Below, in pieces: positions 1 through 11,273 of a stretch of DNA of 64,000 bases (positions are counted from its first letter, which is position 1; the number at the start of each line of letters is the position of its first letter). Source of the stretch: Spirochaetia bacterium (GTDB lineage Bacteria > Spirochaetota > Spirochaetia > CADAEX01); contig CAXXHA010000003.1 in the NCBI GenBank assembly GCA_963662265.2, forward strand, positions 32,001 to 96,000, read 5' to 3'. The notes under the pieces were generated by a model. It saw only the letters and a program-made list of their open reading frames with translations, did not search any database and was not told the DNA's origin. The position numbers and the translations under genes are program-made.

Positions 1-585
1 TCCCACAAGATAATGCAGCCTGCAATGGAAGCTCTTGTTTGCAGCGGGGAATCAGATATCTCCGCATATATTTGCCCGGGACATGTGAGTGTAATAACAG
101 GCACATCAATATACATGAAGATTGCATCTGAATACAGAATACCATGCGTAGTATCGGGGTTCGAACCTGCAGACATACTCAATGCAGTCCTCTATATCCT
201 GAGGCAGATAGCAGAAAACAGGAGCGAGGTTGAGATAGCATACAGGAGGGCAGTAACAGAGAAAGGCAATGTAAGGGCCAGGGAAGTCCTTGAAAAAGTC
301 TTTGAAAAGTCTGATTCAAACTGGAGAGGTCTCGGTGTAATTCCGGGCAGCGGATTGAAACTTAAGGCACAATACAGTAAGAGGGATGCTGAAATTATGA
401 TACCGGCGGAAATATCTCTCTCTTCGGAAAAAAAAGGGTGTATATGCGGATCAATCTTGAGAGGGATAAAGACCCCTTCTGAGTGTCCCCTTTTCGGATC
501 AGTATGCACTCCGTCAAATCCGGCCGGGGCATGCATGGTTTCATCTGAAGGGAGCTGCGCCGCCTGGTACAGGTACAAACGATGA
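1..585 (+). CDS. hypD: Hydrogenase formation protein HypD (5' partial)
   Basis: PGHVSVITG, GFEPADIL, WRGLG and C-terminal CxC...C...C...GACMVSSEGSCAAW motifs; frame is open from base 1. Confidence 0.95.
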   Translation, partial: SHKIMQPAMEALVCSGESDISAYICPGHVSVITGTSIYMKIASEYRIPCVVSGFEPADILNAVLYILRQIAENRSEVEIAYRRAVTEKGNVRAREVLEKVFEKSDSNWRGLGVIPGSGLKLKAQYSKRDAEIMIPAEISLSSEKKGCICGSILRGIKTPSECPLFGSVCTPSNPAGACMVSSEGSCAAWYRYKR

Positions 586-1625
586 TAAACAATAACGGAA
601 AAATACTTCTTGAACACGGATCAGGGGGGGAGCTTACAAACAGAATTATAAATGATATTTTCCTTTCCCAATACTATCCATCTGGAAATACAGGCAGAAT
701 CCGGAAAAATCAGACAGACAGCGCAATACTTGAATTTGATGGCAGTATAATTTCATTTACAACTGACAGCTATGTGATTAAACCGCTTTTTTTCCCCGGC
801 GGTGATATCGGTAAACTTTCGGTATGCGGAACAGTTAATGATATTGCTGTATCAGGTGCTGTTCCGAAATACATATCTGCATCGTTTGTCATAGAAGAGG
901 GCTTCCCTGTCAGCGATCTTGAAAAAGTCGCCAGGTCCCAGGCATCAGCAGCTCTTGAAGCGGGGGTGGAAATTGTATGCGGAGATACCAAGGTAGTTGA
1001 AGAAGGATCCTGTGACGGATTATTTATAAACACATCGGGAATAGGATTTCTGGAAAACAGGTTCAGAGGCAATCTCAACTGCAGATAGCCTTGAAACGGG
1101 AGATGTCATTATTGTGTCCGGATGCATAGGAAGCCACGGCACTGCTGTTCTTGCTGCAAGGGAAAATCTCCCCTTCAGTTCTGATGTGGTTTCAGACTGC
1201 GCGCCTCTCTCCCCCGATGATAAGGGAGCTTCTTGAAAATGTTCCCCGATATTGTATTTATGCGGGATGCAACAAGGGGGGGGGATTGCCACAGTGCTTT
1301 GTGAACTGTCGGAAATGACAGGATCTGATCTGAAAATCAGCGAGGATAAAAATACCTTATGACAGCCAGGTCAGGGCACTCACAGATATACTGGGTCTTG
1401 ATCCGCTCTATCTTGCAAATGAGGGGACAATAATAATTGCCTGCGAAAAAAGGGACAGAGGAAAAAGTCCTCTCTGTGCTGGGAAATAACAGATACGGGA
1501 GAAGATGCGCCGTGATAGGTGAGGTTACAGGCCGAGAAGGTGGAAAAGTACTTCTTGAAACTGTGATAGGCGGGAAGAGGCGTTTATACAGGCTGACAGG
1601 GTTTCAGCTGCCGAGAATATGCTAG
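582..1625 (+). CDS. hypE: Hydrogenase maturation carbamoyl dehydratase HypE (several frameshifts, probably sequencing errors)
   Basis: HGSGG, TDSYV..PLFFPGGDIGKL, GDTKVV; MRDATRGG and LANEG in shifted frames; C-terminal QLPRIC. ATGA overlap with hypD. Confidence 0.93.
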
Positions 1626-1847
1626 GATCGTGAAAAACAGCAGCTAAAGTGGTTTCATATGGGCAGGGAAGGAAAAGATCTGATGCTGTCAGCCGGACGC
1701 GGTATTCCAGGTACCCCCTGTGGTACAGGATTGCCTTCAGGGTGCAGGGGGGGGGGGACAGGTTATTTCCCCGGATAACAGCAGGTGTACCTTTATATAG
1801 ATAATACTGCCTTGAGGTTGGAGATATAGCAGGTGAGGATGTAGTAA

Positions 1848-2192
1848 TTGCATGAGATAAGTTTGATGGAAAGGCTTTTTGAAATACTCGATAATATTAT
1901 AAAGGAAAACAGCCTTAAGAGTATCAGCAGCATTACAGTCTCGATAGGGGAGATGAGGCAGGTAATACCTGAGTCATTCAGGCTTGCCTTTCTCTCACTG
2001 AAAAAAGATACCGCAGCTGAAAAAGCGGACCTTATAATGGAGTTTGTTCCTGTTAAGATCCGCTGCAGTATCTGCGGCAGGGAAAGCCGGGTAAAAGATA
2101 ATATATACCTGTGCCCCTTCTGCAGTTCGGTTGATACTGAAGTTACTGAAGGGGATGAAATAACAATAAAACATATTGAAGCTGAAAAATGA
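1848..2192 (+). CDS. hypA: Hydrogenase maturation nickel metallochaperone HypA
   Basis: N-terminal MHE nickel motif and two CxxC motifs (CSIC, CPFC). Confidence 0.95.
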   Translation: MHEISLMERLFEILDNIIKENSLKSISSITVSIGEMRQVIPESFRLAFLSLKKDTAAEKADLIMEFVPVKIRCSICGRESRVKDNIYLCPFCSSVDTEVTEGDEITIKHIEAEK

Positions 2193-2228
2193 GACTCTTT
2201 TGAATATTTATGAAAAGGAGATTTAGTA

Positions 2229-2880
2229 ATGATTATAGAGATTAATCAGGACCTTTTTGAAGCAAACAACATACAGGCGGAAATCAACAGAAAACTGCTT
2301 ACAGAGCGGCAGGTACTCATGCTTGACCTTGTCGGATCACCGGGATCAGGTAAAACAACGCTTCTCGAAAAGACAATTGAAGCACTCAAGGATAAATACT
2401 CTATCGCAGTTATTGAGGGAGATGTCAGCACAAAAAGGGATGCCCAGCGCCTTGAAAAACACGGCATACCATTGATATCTGTAAACACAAATGGAGCCTG
2501 CCATATTGAATCAGTAATAATAGATAATGCGCTTTCACAGCTTGATCTTGATAATACAGATATAATCTTTGTTGAAAATGTGGGAAAACCTTGTATGTCC
2601 TGCGGAATTTGATCTGGGTGAATATGGCAAGATCGCGGTAATAAGCACACCTGAAGGTGATGACAAACCGATGAAATATCCTCTCATATTCAGGAAGGCT
2701 AAAGTTATACTCCTGAACAAGATTGATCTCAATCCCCACCTTGATTTCAGTTACGAGAATTTTGAAAATGATGTGATGAATTTAAACAGTAAGGAGAACA
2801 TAATACAGCTGTCAGCAAAAACAGGTGATGGATTTCATGAATGGATTGATTTCATAAAAAGCAGGACTTCTTCAGAATAA
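2229..2880 (+). CDS. hypB: Hydrogenase nickel incorporation GTPase HypB (frameshift near 2585)
   Basis: GSPGSGKT, EGD, GACH, ENVG/NLVCPA, EGDDKPMKYP, NKID across two ORFs. Confidence 0.95.
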
Positions 2881-2910
2881 TATCTGTTGATAATAAGCTT
2901 TATAAATTTC

Positions 2911-3541
2911 CTATTTTTCGAGAATTACTGTTTTTCCTCCTGTTCTCTCCATATAGACAATCCTGTCTGCAATCTCGTTTGCAATCCTTGTATCATGTGT
3001 GACATGAAGCACTGTACGCTTTTCCTTTCTGAAGAGTTCTTTCATCAATACTGCCATCCTGTCCTTCAGCCTGTCATCAAGAGATGAAAAAGGCTCATCC
3101 ATCAGAAACAGGGATGCATTTTTCCCGAGAGCCCTTGCAAGCGATACCCTTCTCTCCATTCCCCCGGACAGTTCCGCCGGGTAGCTTTGTTCGAACCCTT
3201 TAAGCCCCACTTTCCTGATCAGCTCCATCCCTTTTTGTTTTCTTATCTTTTCCGGCATATGGGTGTCCATTAAATAGCTTACATTACCGATAACATTCAT
3301 CCATGGAAGAAGCCGGGATTCCTGGAACAGGAATGCTACTTTCCCTGTTGTATCAGGAGATATTGTCCCTGTGTCAGGTTTTACAGTTCCTGCAAGAAGG
3401 TTAAGAAGTGTTGTTTTTCCGCATCCTGACGGGCCTAAGAGGCATGTGATTTTTCCCCTCCTCCAGTGTGAAGTCGAGGTCCTCAAAAATATTTATTCCC
3501 GGATAGGACTTGCAGATGTTTTTCATTTCAAGTTTCATCAT
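2911..3541 (-). CDS. ABC transporter ATP-binding protein, NitT/TauT type (N-terminal frameshift)
   Basis: Walker A GPSGCGKTT, LSGGM signature, DEPF; probable start MMKLEMKNI at 3541 after GGAG. Confidence 0.88.
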
Positions 3542-3645
3542 GGGCTCCGTTGTCAATTACTTCAGGATGTATACCTGCAAAACAGCTTTGAATAATACCT
3601 GGACAGCTTAATTTGCAATAAACAAGGTTCACAAAACATATAACT

Positions 3646-4419
3646 TCAAGTTCCATTTCTTTTCTCCAGGTCCCTGCTTACTTTCAGATTTGCAAACCTC
3701 TGAATCATGTGTTCAAACAGCGATGATGCAGCTATCATGAATACGCACCATGCCATCACTGCCGCTGTATTGAGCTGGGCCCTTTCTATCTGAAATACTG
3801 TGCCTATGGCCCTGTCAGGCTGGCTCAGTACTTCTGCTGTTATCATTACCTTGAATCCCAGCCCAAGCGAGGTGATTGTTCCTGTCTTCAGGAATGGAAA
3901 CATGGAGGGGATATAGAAATATTTCAGCTGTCTCCTGAAATGTATCTGATGTACTTTATGGAAGACTATGAGCTTCTTATCTATGTTGTGAATTCCGCCA
4001 ACAACACTCCTGTAGAGAATCGGGAAAATAATCAGTGATGTTACAAAGATGGGAGTAAGTTCTGAATCAAGCCATATGAGCGAAAGAAGTATGATCCCCA
4101 TTGTGGGAACTGTTCTAACCGCGGATTCAACCGGCCTTACAGCCTGTTCAAAATTGTCATTGATGCCTGCAGGTATACCTGCTGCAAGAGCGAGTATAAG
4201 GTCAAGAATAAATGTTATCATTATTCTTGACAGGGTTGAGAATATTACGGTCCATGCTGTACTGCTTGTGAGTATTACTGCAAGCTCTCTTCCTACCGAG
4301 ACAATAGAGGGTATTATTATTTCCTGGTCAACAGCAGCAGAGACTGCCTCCCATATAACAAGGAGGCTTATTATTGAGATCCAGTAGCTCTTACCTGCTT
4401 TTGAAGTAGAACCTGTCAT
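3646..4419 (-). CDS. ABC transporter permease, NitT/TauT (SsuC-like) family
   Basis: About 6 TM segments with a ...WEAVS...IIPS N-terminus and ITAEVL...IG motif; flanked by the ATPase and SBP genes. Confidence 0.88.
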   Translation of the reverse strand: MTGSTSKAGKSYWISIISLLVIWEAVSAAVDQEIIIPSIVSVGRELAVILTSSTAWTVIFSTLSRIMITFILDLILALAAGIPAGINDNFEQAVRPVESAVRTVPTMGIILLSLIWLDSELTPIFVTSLIIFPILYRSVVGGIHNIDKKLIVFHKVHQIHFRRQLKYFYIPSMFPFLKTGTITSLGLGFKVMITAEVLSQPDRAIGTVFQIERAQLNTAAVMAWCVFMIAASSLFEHMIQRFANLKVSRDLEKRNGT

Positions 4420-5378
4420 CAGGCAGTTTACCCCCCACAGAGTCAGGATTTGATTCATAGAGAACACTGAAATATTCTTCCATTGATTTTTTTGCATCCG
4501 CCGCATTAACCCACTTCAGGTTTCCCCCGGGTATTGATTTTGCAATAATCGGAGCAGGAGGCGCCTGTAAAAATGATGATGCCTTTTCTCCAGCGGATGC
4601 AGGATCTGAATTTATCTTTTCAACAGATTCTGAATACTGCCTTATAAATTCCTTGATCAGCCCGGGATATTTTTCAGCTGTCTCCGCTTTTACAAACAGA
4701 GATGCCTGCGGATAACTCTGTGAATCACCTGATATTTTTTTCCACTCTTCCTGAAGATCAATAATGACTCTGGCATCAGGTTTTTTTGTTCTTACAAGTG
4801 AAAATGCAGGTTCAGGCATCATTGATATTGAAGATTTCCCTGATATAAAGGAGGGGGCAAGTTCGGATGTATTCTGCACATACTTGAGTTTGACATCTTT
4901 TTCAGGGTCAATCCCGTTTATTTCGAGGAGGTGCCGGGTAATTATATCAGGGCTCAATCCTCTTCCAAGCATTGCTATTTCCCTCCCTTTAAGATCATCC
5001 CAGCCGGAAATATCTTCTGCTGATACAATGTAGAGTATTCCCCAGATAACAGTCCCCGCATATTTAATATCTATACCCTTGTTGTACAGTTTTGCTCCCA
5101 GTATTGAAGGTGCAAGAAAAAGATCAGCATCCCCTGAAATTACTTTTGAAGCAAGAAGATCGGGAGATTCAAGTATGCTGTATTCAAGACTTATATTGTC
5201 ATCAAACTGCCTGTTCTCTGAAATCAGTTCAGCAAGTGATATTGCTGTAAAACCTGTAGGTGTGACCAGTGTAAGTTTAACAGGCTCTTCCTGTTTAGTT
5301 TTTATTTTCACTCTCTCCCCCTGCATGGATAAATGAAACTGCAAAAAATACTGTCAGCAGTAGAATAAGTTTTTTCAT
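4391..5378 (-). CDS. ABC transporter substrate-binding protein, NitT/TauT family (frameshift in signal peptide)
   Basis: GGAGG RBS then MKKLILLLTVFF at 5378; AKLYNKG, LKGREI, MPEP and GGKLPDDRFY motifs. Confidence 0.85.
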
Positions 5379-5696
5379 GGGACCTCCCTGATATCATAAG
5401 CCATTTACAATATCTATTATAACTATTGATTTCCGACATTCAATCACAGATTTTAAAAAGTTATAAAATATTGATATGCTCCTGGCTGTTTACAGTAATT
5501 ATCATTGGTAAGTTCCTGAATACCCTGGTTTTGTATTTATGAAATGTGCTGTTAATAGTTTAAATCAGGTGATTTTCCCTCCATATTTCTGAGTCTGAAA
5601 CATGTTTCCTGATGGCAGACGGTTAAAAATAAGATGATTATGAGACAAAAACAGATGTTTTTGATGTTATAATATAGATACATTCAAGGAGTCTTC

Positions 5697-7665
5697 ATGT
5701 TAAAAAAAGAACACAGAATCAGGACGCTGACACCGAAACTTGAAAAAAGAATACAGAAAAATCCTCTCCTGAACATAGATACTTTCATAATACCGTCCCC
5801 CTATATCAAGTATCCCGATATTTCAAAAGATTATAATCACAGCTATATCTGGTATAACGAGAGTGAAATACTCGGCTACATGATTGTATATTCGAATCCT
5901 GAAAAAAACATTTACTTCATATATAAACTGGCAACCAGCCCTTTCGGAAGAGGGAAGGGGATAGGCAGTTCCTTTATCAGGCACCTGGCTGAAAACCTTC
6001 CCCGGGAGGCCAGAATATCTCTATATATATGGGAAAAGCAGGCAGATACAGTGGATTTTTTCCATAACAGGGGATTCATGACAGAAGAACAGATTGTTTA
6101 CAGGAATCTTATCTACTACTATCTTTCTGCAAGGAAAGAGGATGTTGAATCTAGACTGTCGGAAAGGGGGGATACTTCAGAGGCAAAGCAGGAAGAGATA
6201 GGCAAGACAAGGCATGATGCAAGAAAAACACTCACCCTCCTTTCAGATATGGTGGAAATGCTTTCAATAGACAACTGTGACAGGATTATAGAGGATATAA
6301 ACAGGGAAACCACTTCTCTTATAAACATGCTTAACTCCTACCGCGACAGCATGGATGTACTTCATGAAGTTAACCTGAGAGAGCTTATCATTGCCCGCCT
6401 TGTTCCCTTTGTCAAGACAGCGCCTGTTCCGTGCCGTCTGCTTGTGAATCTTGATACAGAATCCCCTGTAGTCATGGGGATATCACGTAAATATAAGCCG
6501 TGCCCTTCTGAATCTTCTTTCCAATTCAATTGAAGCAATAGAGGAGTCCGGCAGGAAGGGAAACATCAGAATAAGCCTTCATGAAAGCGATGACAGGATA
6601 GTACTTGTACTTCAGGATAATGGCATCGGGATCAGGGAGAAGTTTCTTGAAAAGGATGAAAACAATATCCCGAAATTTGTTGGAAACACCACAAAAAAGA
6701 AAAACTCAGGTGAGGGGATAGGAACCCGGCAGATATATTCCACATTCTGTCCCGAGAACATTACTGTCGACAGTGTTTATGGAAAGGGAACCAGGTGGGA
6801 AATATTCTTTGACCGGAGTTCTTGTGCACCTGACAGGCAGTTCTTAAGACTTGAAAGGCAGTTCAACGAGTTCAAGACGCTGTGGGAGGATTATTCCCTT
6901 TCCGGCCAGAGAACAAGAAACGATGTAATTGCATATATCTGGCAGATAAGGAAGATGGAAATATTCCTGTTTGACCTTATAATGCAGTTCAGCAAATACC
7001 ACAATATAAGGATGATATACAGGACAGTTCTTTCATTTTACGCGGACCAGATTACAGCAGACAGGTTCAGGGAGACTGTTGAAAATTACAGGTCAGATAA
7101 TGATAAAGCCTGCGAATGGCTGTATGAAATTGTTTCTGAAATAAAAGTAAGGGAAAAATACCTCAGGGAAAAGGAAGATACTGATAAATTCCGGGGAGCC
7201 CTTTTCAAGAGCTACGGGCAGGCTGTTGAAAACAATATTATCTTTACAATGGACCCTGAAAACGGTGAATTTCTTGCTACAGACAGAAAACTGGCAGAAC
7301 ATCTGGATCTTGCCGCCTATCTTCAGAATGACAGGGACAACCTGCTCAGGGGTGAATTTAAAGGTGATGTCAATAATGATTCCCAGCCCATTGTTCTCGG
7401 GCTCTGGTCGGTTGAAAGCCGTGAAGACCTTGAAGACAAGCTCCTCCTCCTGAGGCAGGGGGCTGCAGTGCTTGTCAATATGGGGCTTCACCCCGCCAAA
7501 AAGCTTTCTTTTTATCAGACTACTTATCCTAAATATAAATATGATGTTGATACATACCGGACTATGACATTGCAGCAGTTTGTAAACATGAGCGATGAAG
7601 AACTTTTTGACTGTACGAAAATTACTGATGATGAGTTTTCTGATTACGCTTTTGCTGTTGACTGA
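5697..7665 (+). CDS. GNAT acetyltransferase-histidine kinase fusion with an unknown C-terminal domain (frameshift near 6480)
   Basis: GNAT acetyl-CoA motif RGKGIG; H-box-like TRHDARK. After a shift at GGGG(6476-6479) the frame reads NLLSNSIEA, QDNGIG, FVGNTTK, GEGIG and runs on into ORF 6955-7665. Confidence 0.8.
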
Positions 7666-7707
7666 TAAACCGGTATTTTCATGAACAGGATTTGATCCTG
7701 CGGGTTA

Positions 7708-7737
7708 TTGACTCGAAACGTATAGTATGTATACAAT
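7708..7737 (+). promoter_or_regulatory. sigma70 promoter of the marR gene with a palindromic operator in the spacer
   Basis: TTGACT-18-TACAAT; contains AAACGTATAGTATGTATAC, which recurs at 8254-8272. Confidence 0.7.
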
Positions 7738-7743
7738 GTCTCT

Positions 7744-8191
7744 GTGGGTGATCTGGAAAAAATACGCGAACAGCTGATGTATCTTTCTGAAAAGATGTCG
7801 CAATCAAACAGGAAATCATATGATTTCGGAGACGGTATTGATCTTTATAAGAGTGAAATTCACACAATAGATATAATAGGCCGTTTCCAGGGAATTCATG
7901 TCTCTGAAATAGCCCGTAAATTCGGTGTTACAAAGGGGAGCTGTTTCACAGCTTCTAAAGAAGCTTGAGAAGAAACAGCTGATAGATAAATATCCTGATA
8001 AAAGCAACAATACTCGTATTCTCATCAGGCTGACAGAAAGAGGTGAGCTTGCCTTTAAAAAGCATAACATGCTGCATGAAGTTGAGGACAGAAAGCTGTA
8101 TAATTTTCTTGAAAACCTCGATGACCATGATATGAAAATTCTTTATTCATTTCTTGTAGAAGTAAATGAGATGTGTGAAAAACATATTTAA
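7744..8191 (+). CDS. MarR family transcriptional regulator (frameshift near 7935)
   Basis: SEIARKFGVTKG/AVSQLLKKLEKKQLI...RILIRLTERG winged HTH across two ORFs. Confidence 0.9.
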
Positions 8192-8247
8192 TTGCTGTTA
8201 TCTGTGATGACAGGCAACATATTAAATCCATAGTACGGATTTTATTT

Positions 8248-8275
8248 TTGACAAAACGTATAGTATGTATACGAT
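8248..8275 (+). promoter_or_regulatory. sigma70 promoter of the dtxR-like gene with a second copy of the operator
   Basis: TTGACA-16-TACGAT, overlapped by the perfect palindrome CGTATA-GTATG-TATACG. Confidence 0.7.
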
Positions 8276-8294
8276 AAATCCGGGAGAAAGTGTT

Positions 8295-8777
8295 ATGAAT
8301 GATGAAAAATTAACTGCAAACCAGGAAGAATATCTTGTGACAATTTATAAACTTGAGAAGAAAAACAGGGTTGCAAGAGTTTCTGATATTTCCAATATAA
8401 TGAAGGTAAAGATGTCTTCCGTCGTAAGCGCGCTTAAAATATTAAACAAGAAAAAATTGGTGATCTATGAGAAAAAAGCATATATAACAATGACAGGGAA
8501 AGGTCAGAAAATTGCAAGAGTCCTGTGTGAGAAATTCATAATTATAAGGGAATTTCTTGAAAAAACTCTTGAGATTAACTCAGACGATGCAGTGAAACAG
8601 GCTTGTAAAATTGAGCACTTTATAGATACCGAGACTGCAAAAAGACTGTGCAGATTCACAGCTTTAATAAATACACTTTCTTCCAATCCCGAATTTCATA
8701 ATTATCTGCAAATTACAAATAAGGGACCATGTGCTAATGATAACTGCCAGCGGAGGAAAAATTTAACAGCAGTTTGA
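8295..8777 (+). CDS. DtxR/MntR family metal-dependent transcriptional regulator
   Basis: EEYL..IY.L, ARVSDIS, ACKIEH metal motif; ATG 8295 after GGAGA. Confidence 0.92.
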   Translation: MNDEKLTANQEEYLVTIYKLEKKNRVARVSDISNIMKVKMSSVVSALKILNKKKLVIYEKKAYITMTGKGQKIARVLCEKFIIIREFLEKTLEINSDDAVKQACKIEHFIDTETAKRLCRFTALINTLSSNPEFHNYLQITNKGPCANDNCQRRKNLTAV

Positions 8778-8822
8778 TTTTTTATAATTCAAAAAAGTGC
8801 AAAGCTGTTTTAAAAATAAATA

Positions 8823-8851
8823 TTCCCCCTGAAAACAATTTTCAGGGGGAA
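8823..8851. terminator. Hairpin terminator between convergent dtxR-like and MCP genes
   Basis: TTCCCCCTGAAAA-CAA-TTTTCAGGGGGAA perfect 13-bp stem. Confidence 0.7.
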
Positions 8852-8879
8852 ACTTCTGTCAGAAATGATTGAAATATTC

Positions 8880-11060
8880 TTATCTTTTCAGTTTAAAACG
8901 GGTGAGCTCGTTGTTGATGCTTTCTATGACTTCGCTTGTTGAGTCTGCAATATATTTTACACCGTTTATGGAACTGTTTATATCGTTTGTACCGTTTGTT
9001 ATTTCCCTGTAGCTGTTGAATACTTCGGCATTAGTTCTCTTGAATTTGTCAAGTTCCCCGGTTATCTGTATTACCCCGTTGTTCATTTCAAGAGATCCGT
9101 TTCTTACTGCATCGGTGATTGAATTGATGTTTGATATTGCTTCAAGAATTTGTTTTGAGCCTTCAATCTGTTCCGCCATTGAATTTTCAACTTCATACCT
9201 GAGGTTGTCGATGTTTGACACAACATCCATGATCTGGTCGAATGTCTCTTCCGCTCTCTGTGAGGAATCAACAATTGAATCAATTACCTCTTTTACAGAT
9301 CCGAGCTTCTGTGCAATTTCCTTTGACTGTGATGCTGAGTTTTCTGCAAGCTTCCTGATCTCATCTGCTACTACTGCAAATCCTTTTCCTGCTTCACCCG
9401 CATGGGCTGCCTCGATCGCAGCATTCATTGAGAGAAGGTTTGTCTGTGCGGCAATTCCGCTTATCACATGGTTTGTCTCCATAAGGTTGGCCGACTGAAC
9501 CGATATTTCATTTACCTGTGTATTTACAATATTGAGCTTCTTCTTCCCCTCATTTGAAGTTTCAACAAGCTGCTTGTAGTTGTCTCCGAGGACAGAGAAA
9601 ACCTTGTTTACATTAGTGATGTTTGCAACCATTTCTTCGATTGAAGCTGATGATTCTGTAACGCTTGCAGACTGGTCTTCAATCATCCTGTTGAGCGATT
9701 CCATTGCCCGTGAAATCTGTTCAACAGCTGAAGCTGTTTCTGTAACACTTGCCTCCTGGTTGTCGAAAAGTTTTGATGAAGAATTAACATTAGCCGCAAT
9801 CTCATTTACAGCTGCGGCAGTGCTTTCCATGTTTGCCTTTAATTCACTTCCAGACCTGGACAGGTCGACTGATGCAGTTTTTATGGAACTGATTGTACAG
9901 TACAGTTTTTCTGTGAAATTGTTGAAATGTGATGCAACTTTTCCGATTTCATCATCAGATTTGATATCAAGCCGCTGAGTTAAATCTCCGTCCCCTTCCG
10001 CTATTTCATTCAGCCTGTTTCCAATTTTTGAAATCGGCTTTATGAATTTAACAAGTGTAAAATAGGTGAATATAAGTATTATTGCTGCAAGTGCAATTGA
10101 AAGCAGTGTTATGACAACTGTGAAATTCTTTACAGGAGCAAATATTTCCTTTTCAGGAACAAGAATTCCGAAAAGCATTCCGCTGTCAGTATCCCTGCAG
10201 GAGATAAAGTATTTCTCTCCGTCAATTTTAAAATTTCTGAAATTGTTTTCTGAATCATTCCCTTTAAGTATTTCACTAATCCATGGAACTTCATCTGCAG
10301 ATTTCATAGTCAGTTCTTCATCAAGAGTGTATGCCAGAAAAAGTGATGAGTTTTTATCCACAAGAAATGTGTGGCTGTGTTCTGTCACTTTAAGACTTTT
10401 AACAAAGTTAAGCAGGTCATCAAGTACCCAGTCTACAGTTGTCAGACCGATTATATCCCCTAAATTGTCTTCTATAAATGCAGCAACAGTAATCATAAGC
10501 GCTTCTGTTCCTGCTTCATCTACATATGGGGCTGACCAGTAGAATTTCTTCTCCCTTTCCTTGCTTCTATTCCAGTTTGACGGCAGAGGATCTGTATACC
10601 ATTCCTGGTTAAGATAATCATACTCCGGGGTCGAAAGATCCCATGTATTTACGACTTTGTTGTTTTCCCAGTAAACATATGGACCGAAATATTTTATATT
10701 TTCATCAAAAACATAACTGTCATACCATATACCCCCTCCTATTGATTCTGGAATTGAGTAATAGCTGTCTATGAGATAATTTGTAATTTTTTTACTGAAA
10801 TCCTCATCGGAAAAGTCCCTCTTCAGGTTGTAAAAAAGTTTACCCCCTGTAGCGAGTTCCTCGGCTTTTTTTTCCATAAGTTTTGTATTTTCGTTTATTT
10901 TATTGATACTTATTGTGATTTCCTTGTTGATTTCAGATACTTTTAGATTGGAATAGAAATTTCTGCTTAGATTGAAACTGATAAGTATAAACAAGCTGAA
11001 TGATACAAGCAGACAAAGTCCAATTATAAATGAAATCCTCGATATTAGAGATTTTTTCAT
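8880..11060 (-). CDS. Methyl-accepting chemotaxis protein with Cache sensor and HAMP domains
   Basis: Two TM segments; Cache WY...WSAPYVD; HAMP GDGDLTQRL; signalling tip IAAQTNLLSMNAAIEAAHAGEAGKGFAVVADEIRKLAE. Confidence 0.95.
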   Translation of the reverse strand: MKKSLISRISFIIGLCLLVSFSLFILISFNLSRNFYSNLKVSEINKEITISINKINENTKLMEKKAEELATGGKLFYNLKRDFSDEDFSKKITNYLIDSYYSIPESIGGGIWYDSYVFDENIKYFGPYVYWENNKVVNTWDLSTPEYDYLNQEWYTDPLPSNWNRSKEREKKFYWSAPYVDEAGTEALMITVAAFIEDNLGDIIGLTTVDWVLDDLLNFVKSLKVTEHSHTFLVDKNSSLFLAYTLDEELTMKSADEVPWISEILKGNDSENNFRNFKIDGEKYFISCRDTDSGMLFGILVPEKEIFAPVKNFTVVITLLSIALAAIILIFTYFTLVKFIKPISKIGNRLNEIAEGDGDLTQRLDIKSDDEIGKVASHFNNFTEKLYCTISSIKTASVDLSRSGSELKANMESTAAAVNEIAANVNSSSKLFDNQEASVTETASAVEQISRAMESLNRMIEDQSASVTESSASIEEMVANITNVNKVFSVLGDNYKQLVETSNEGKKKLNIVNTQVNEISVQSANLMETNHVISGIAAQTNLLSMNAAIEAAHAGEAGKGFAVVADEIRKLAENSASQSKEIAQKLGSVKEVIDSIVDSSQRAEETFDQIMDVVSNIDNLRYEVENSMAEQIEGSKQILEAISNINSITDAVRNGSLEMNNGVIQITGELDKFKRTNAEVFNSYREITNGTNDINSSINGVKYIADSTSEVIESINNELTRFKLKR

Positions 11061-11244
11061 CTTTAAACCTGCCCTGTAATGAATATGTTGAATCCATTAT
11101 ATATCGGTTTGATCAGTTTTAAAAATCTTTTATTCTTATCGATAACGCAAAATTAAGAACTTTTAGTTCATGGTTATGTTTATTATGAAAACAAGGCCAT
11201 TCGAAAAATTAAGGTAAATAAAATAATAAATAGATAAAAAAATA

Positions 11245-11273
11245 TTGACATGTGTGTCCATGAGTCATATTAT
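11245..11273 (+). promoter_or_regulatory. sigma70 promoter of the hydrogenase maturase operon
   Basis: TTGACA-17-TATTAT, about 435 nt upstream of the next gene. Confidence 0.65.

Noticed and set aside
1626-1847. hypE-hypA spacer with a long G-run (~1747-1757) as a phase-variation tract or G-quadruplex
   Set aside because: No supported ORF or promoter context, and homopolymer lengths are unreliable in this assembly.
582-2880. Programmed frameshifting in hypE/hypB (also oppC, surE, prx)
   Set aside because: Indels are scattered over many unrelated genes with no consistent slippery site or stimulatory structure; sequencing error is simpler.
3528-3656. 42-codon ORF (MELEVICF...) between the ABC permease and ATPase
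   Set aside because: No recognisable features; could be a remnant of a duplicated gene junction.
9016-10542. Long plus-strand ORFs inside the MCP gene (and similar antisense ORFs in opp, FHA and TRAP genes)
   Set aside because: Shadow ORFs from codon bias on the opposite strand of clear genes.
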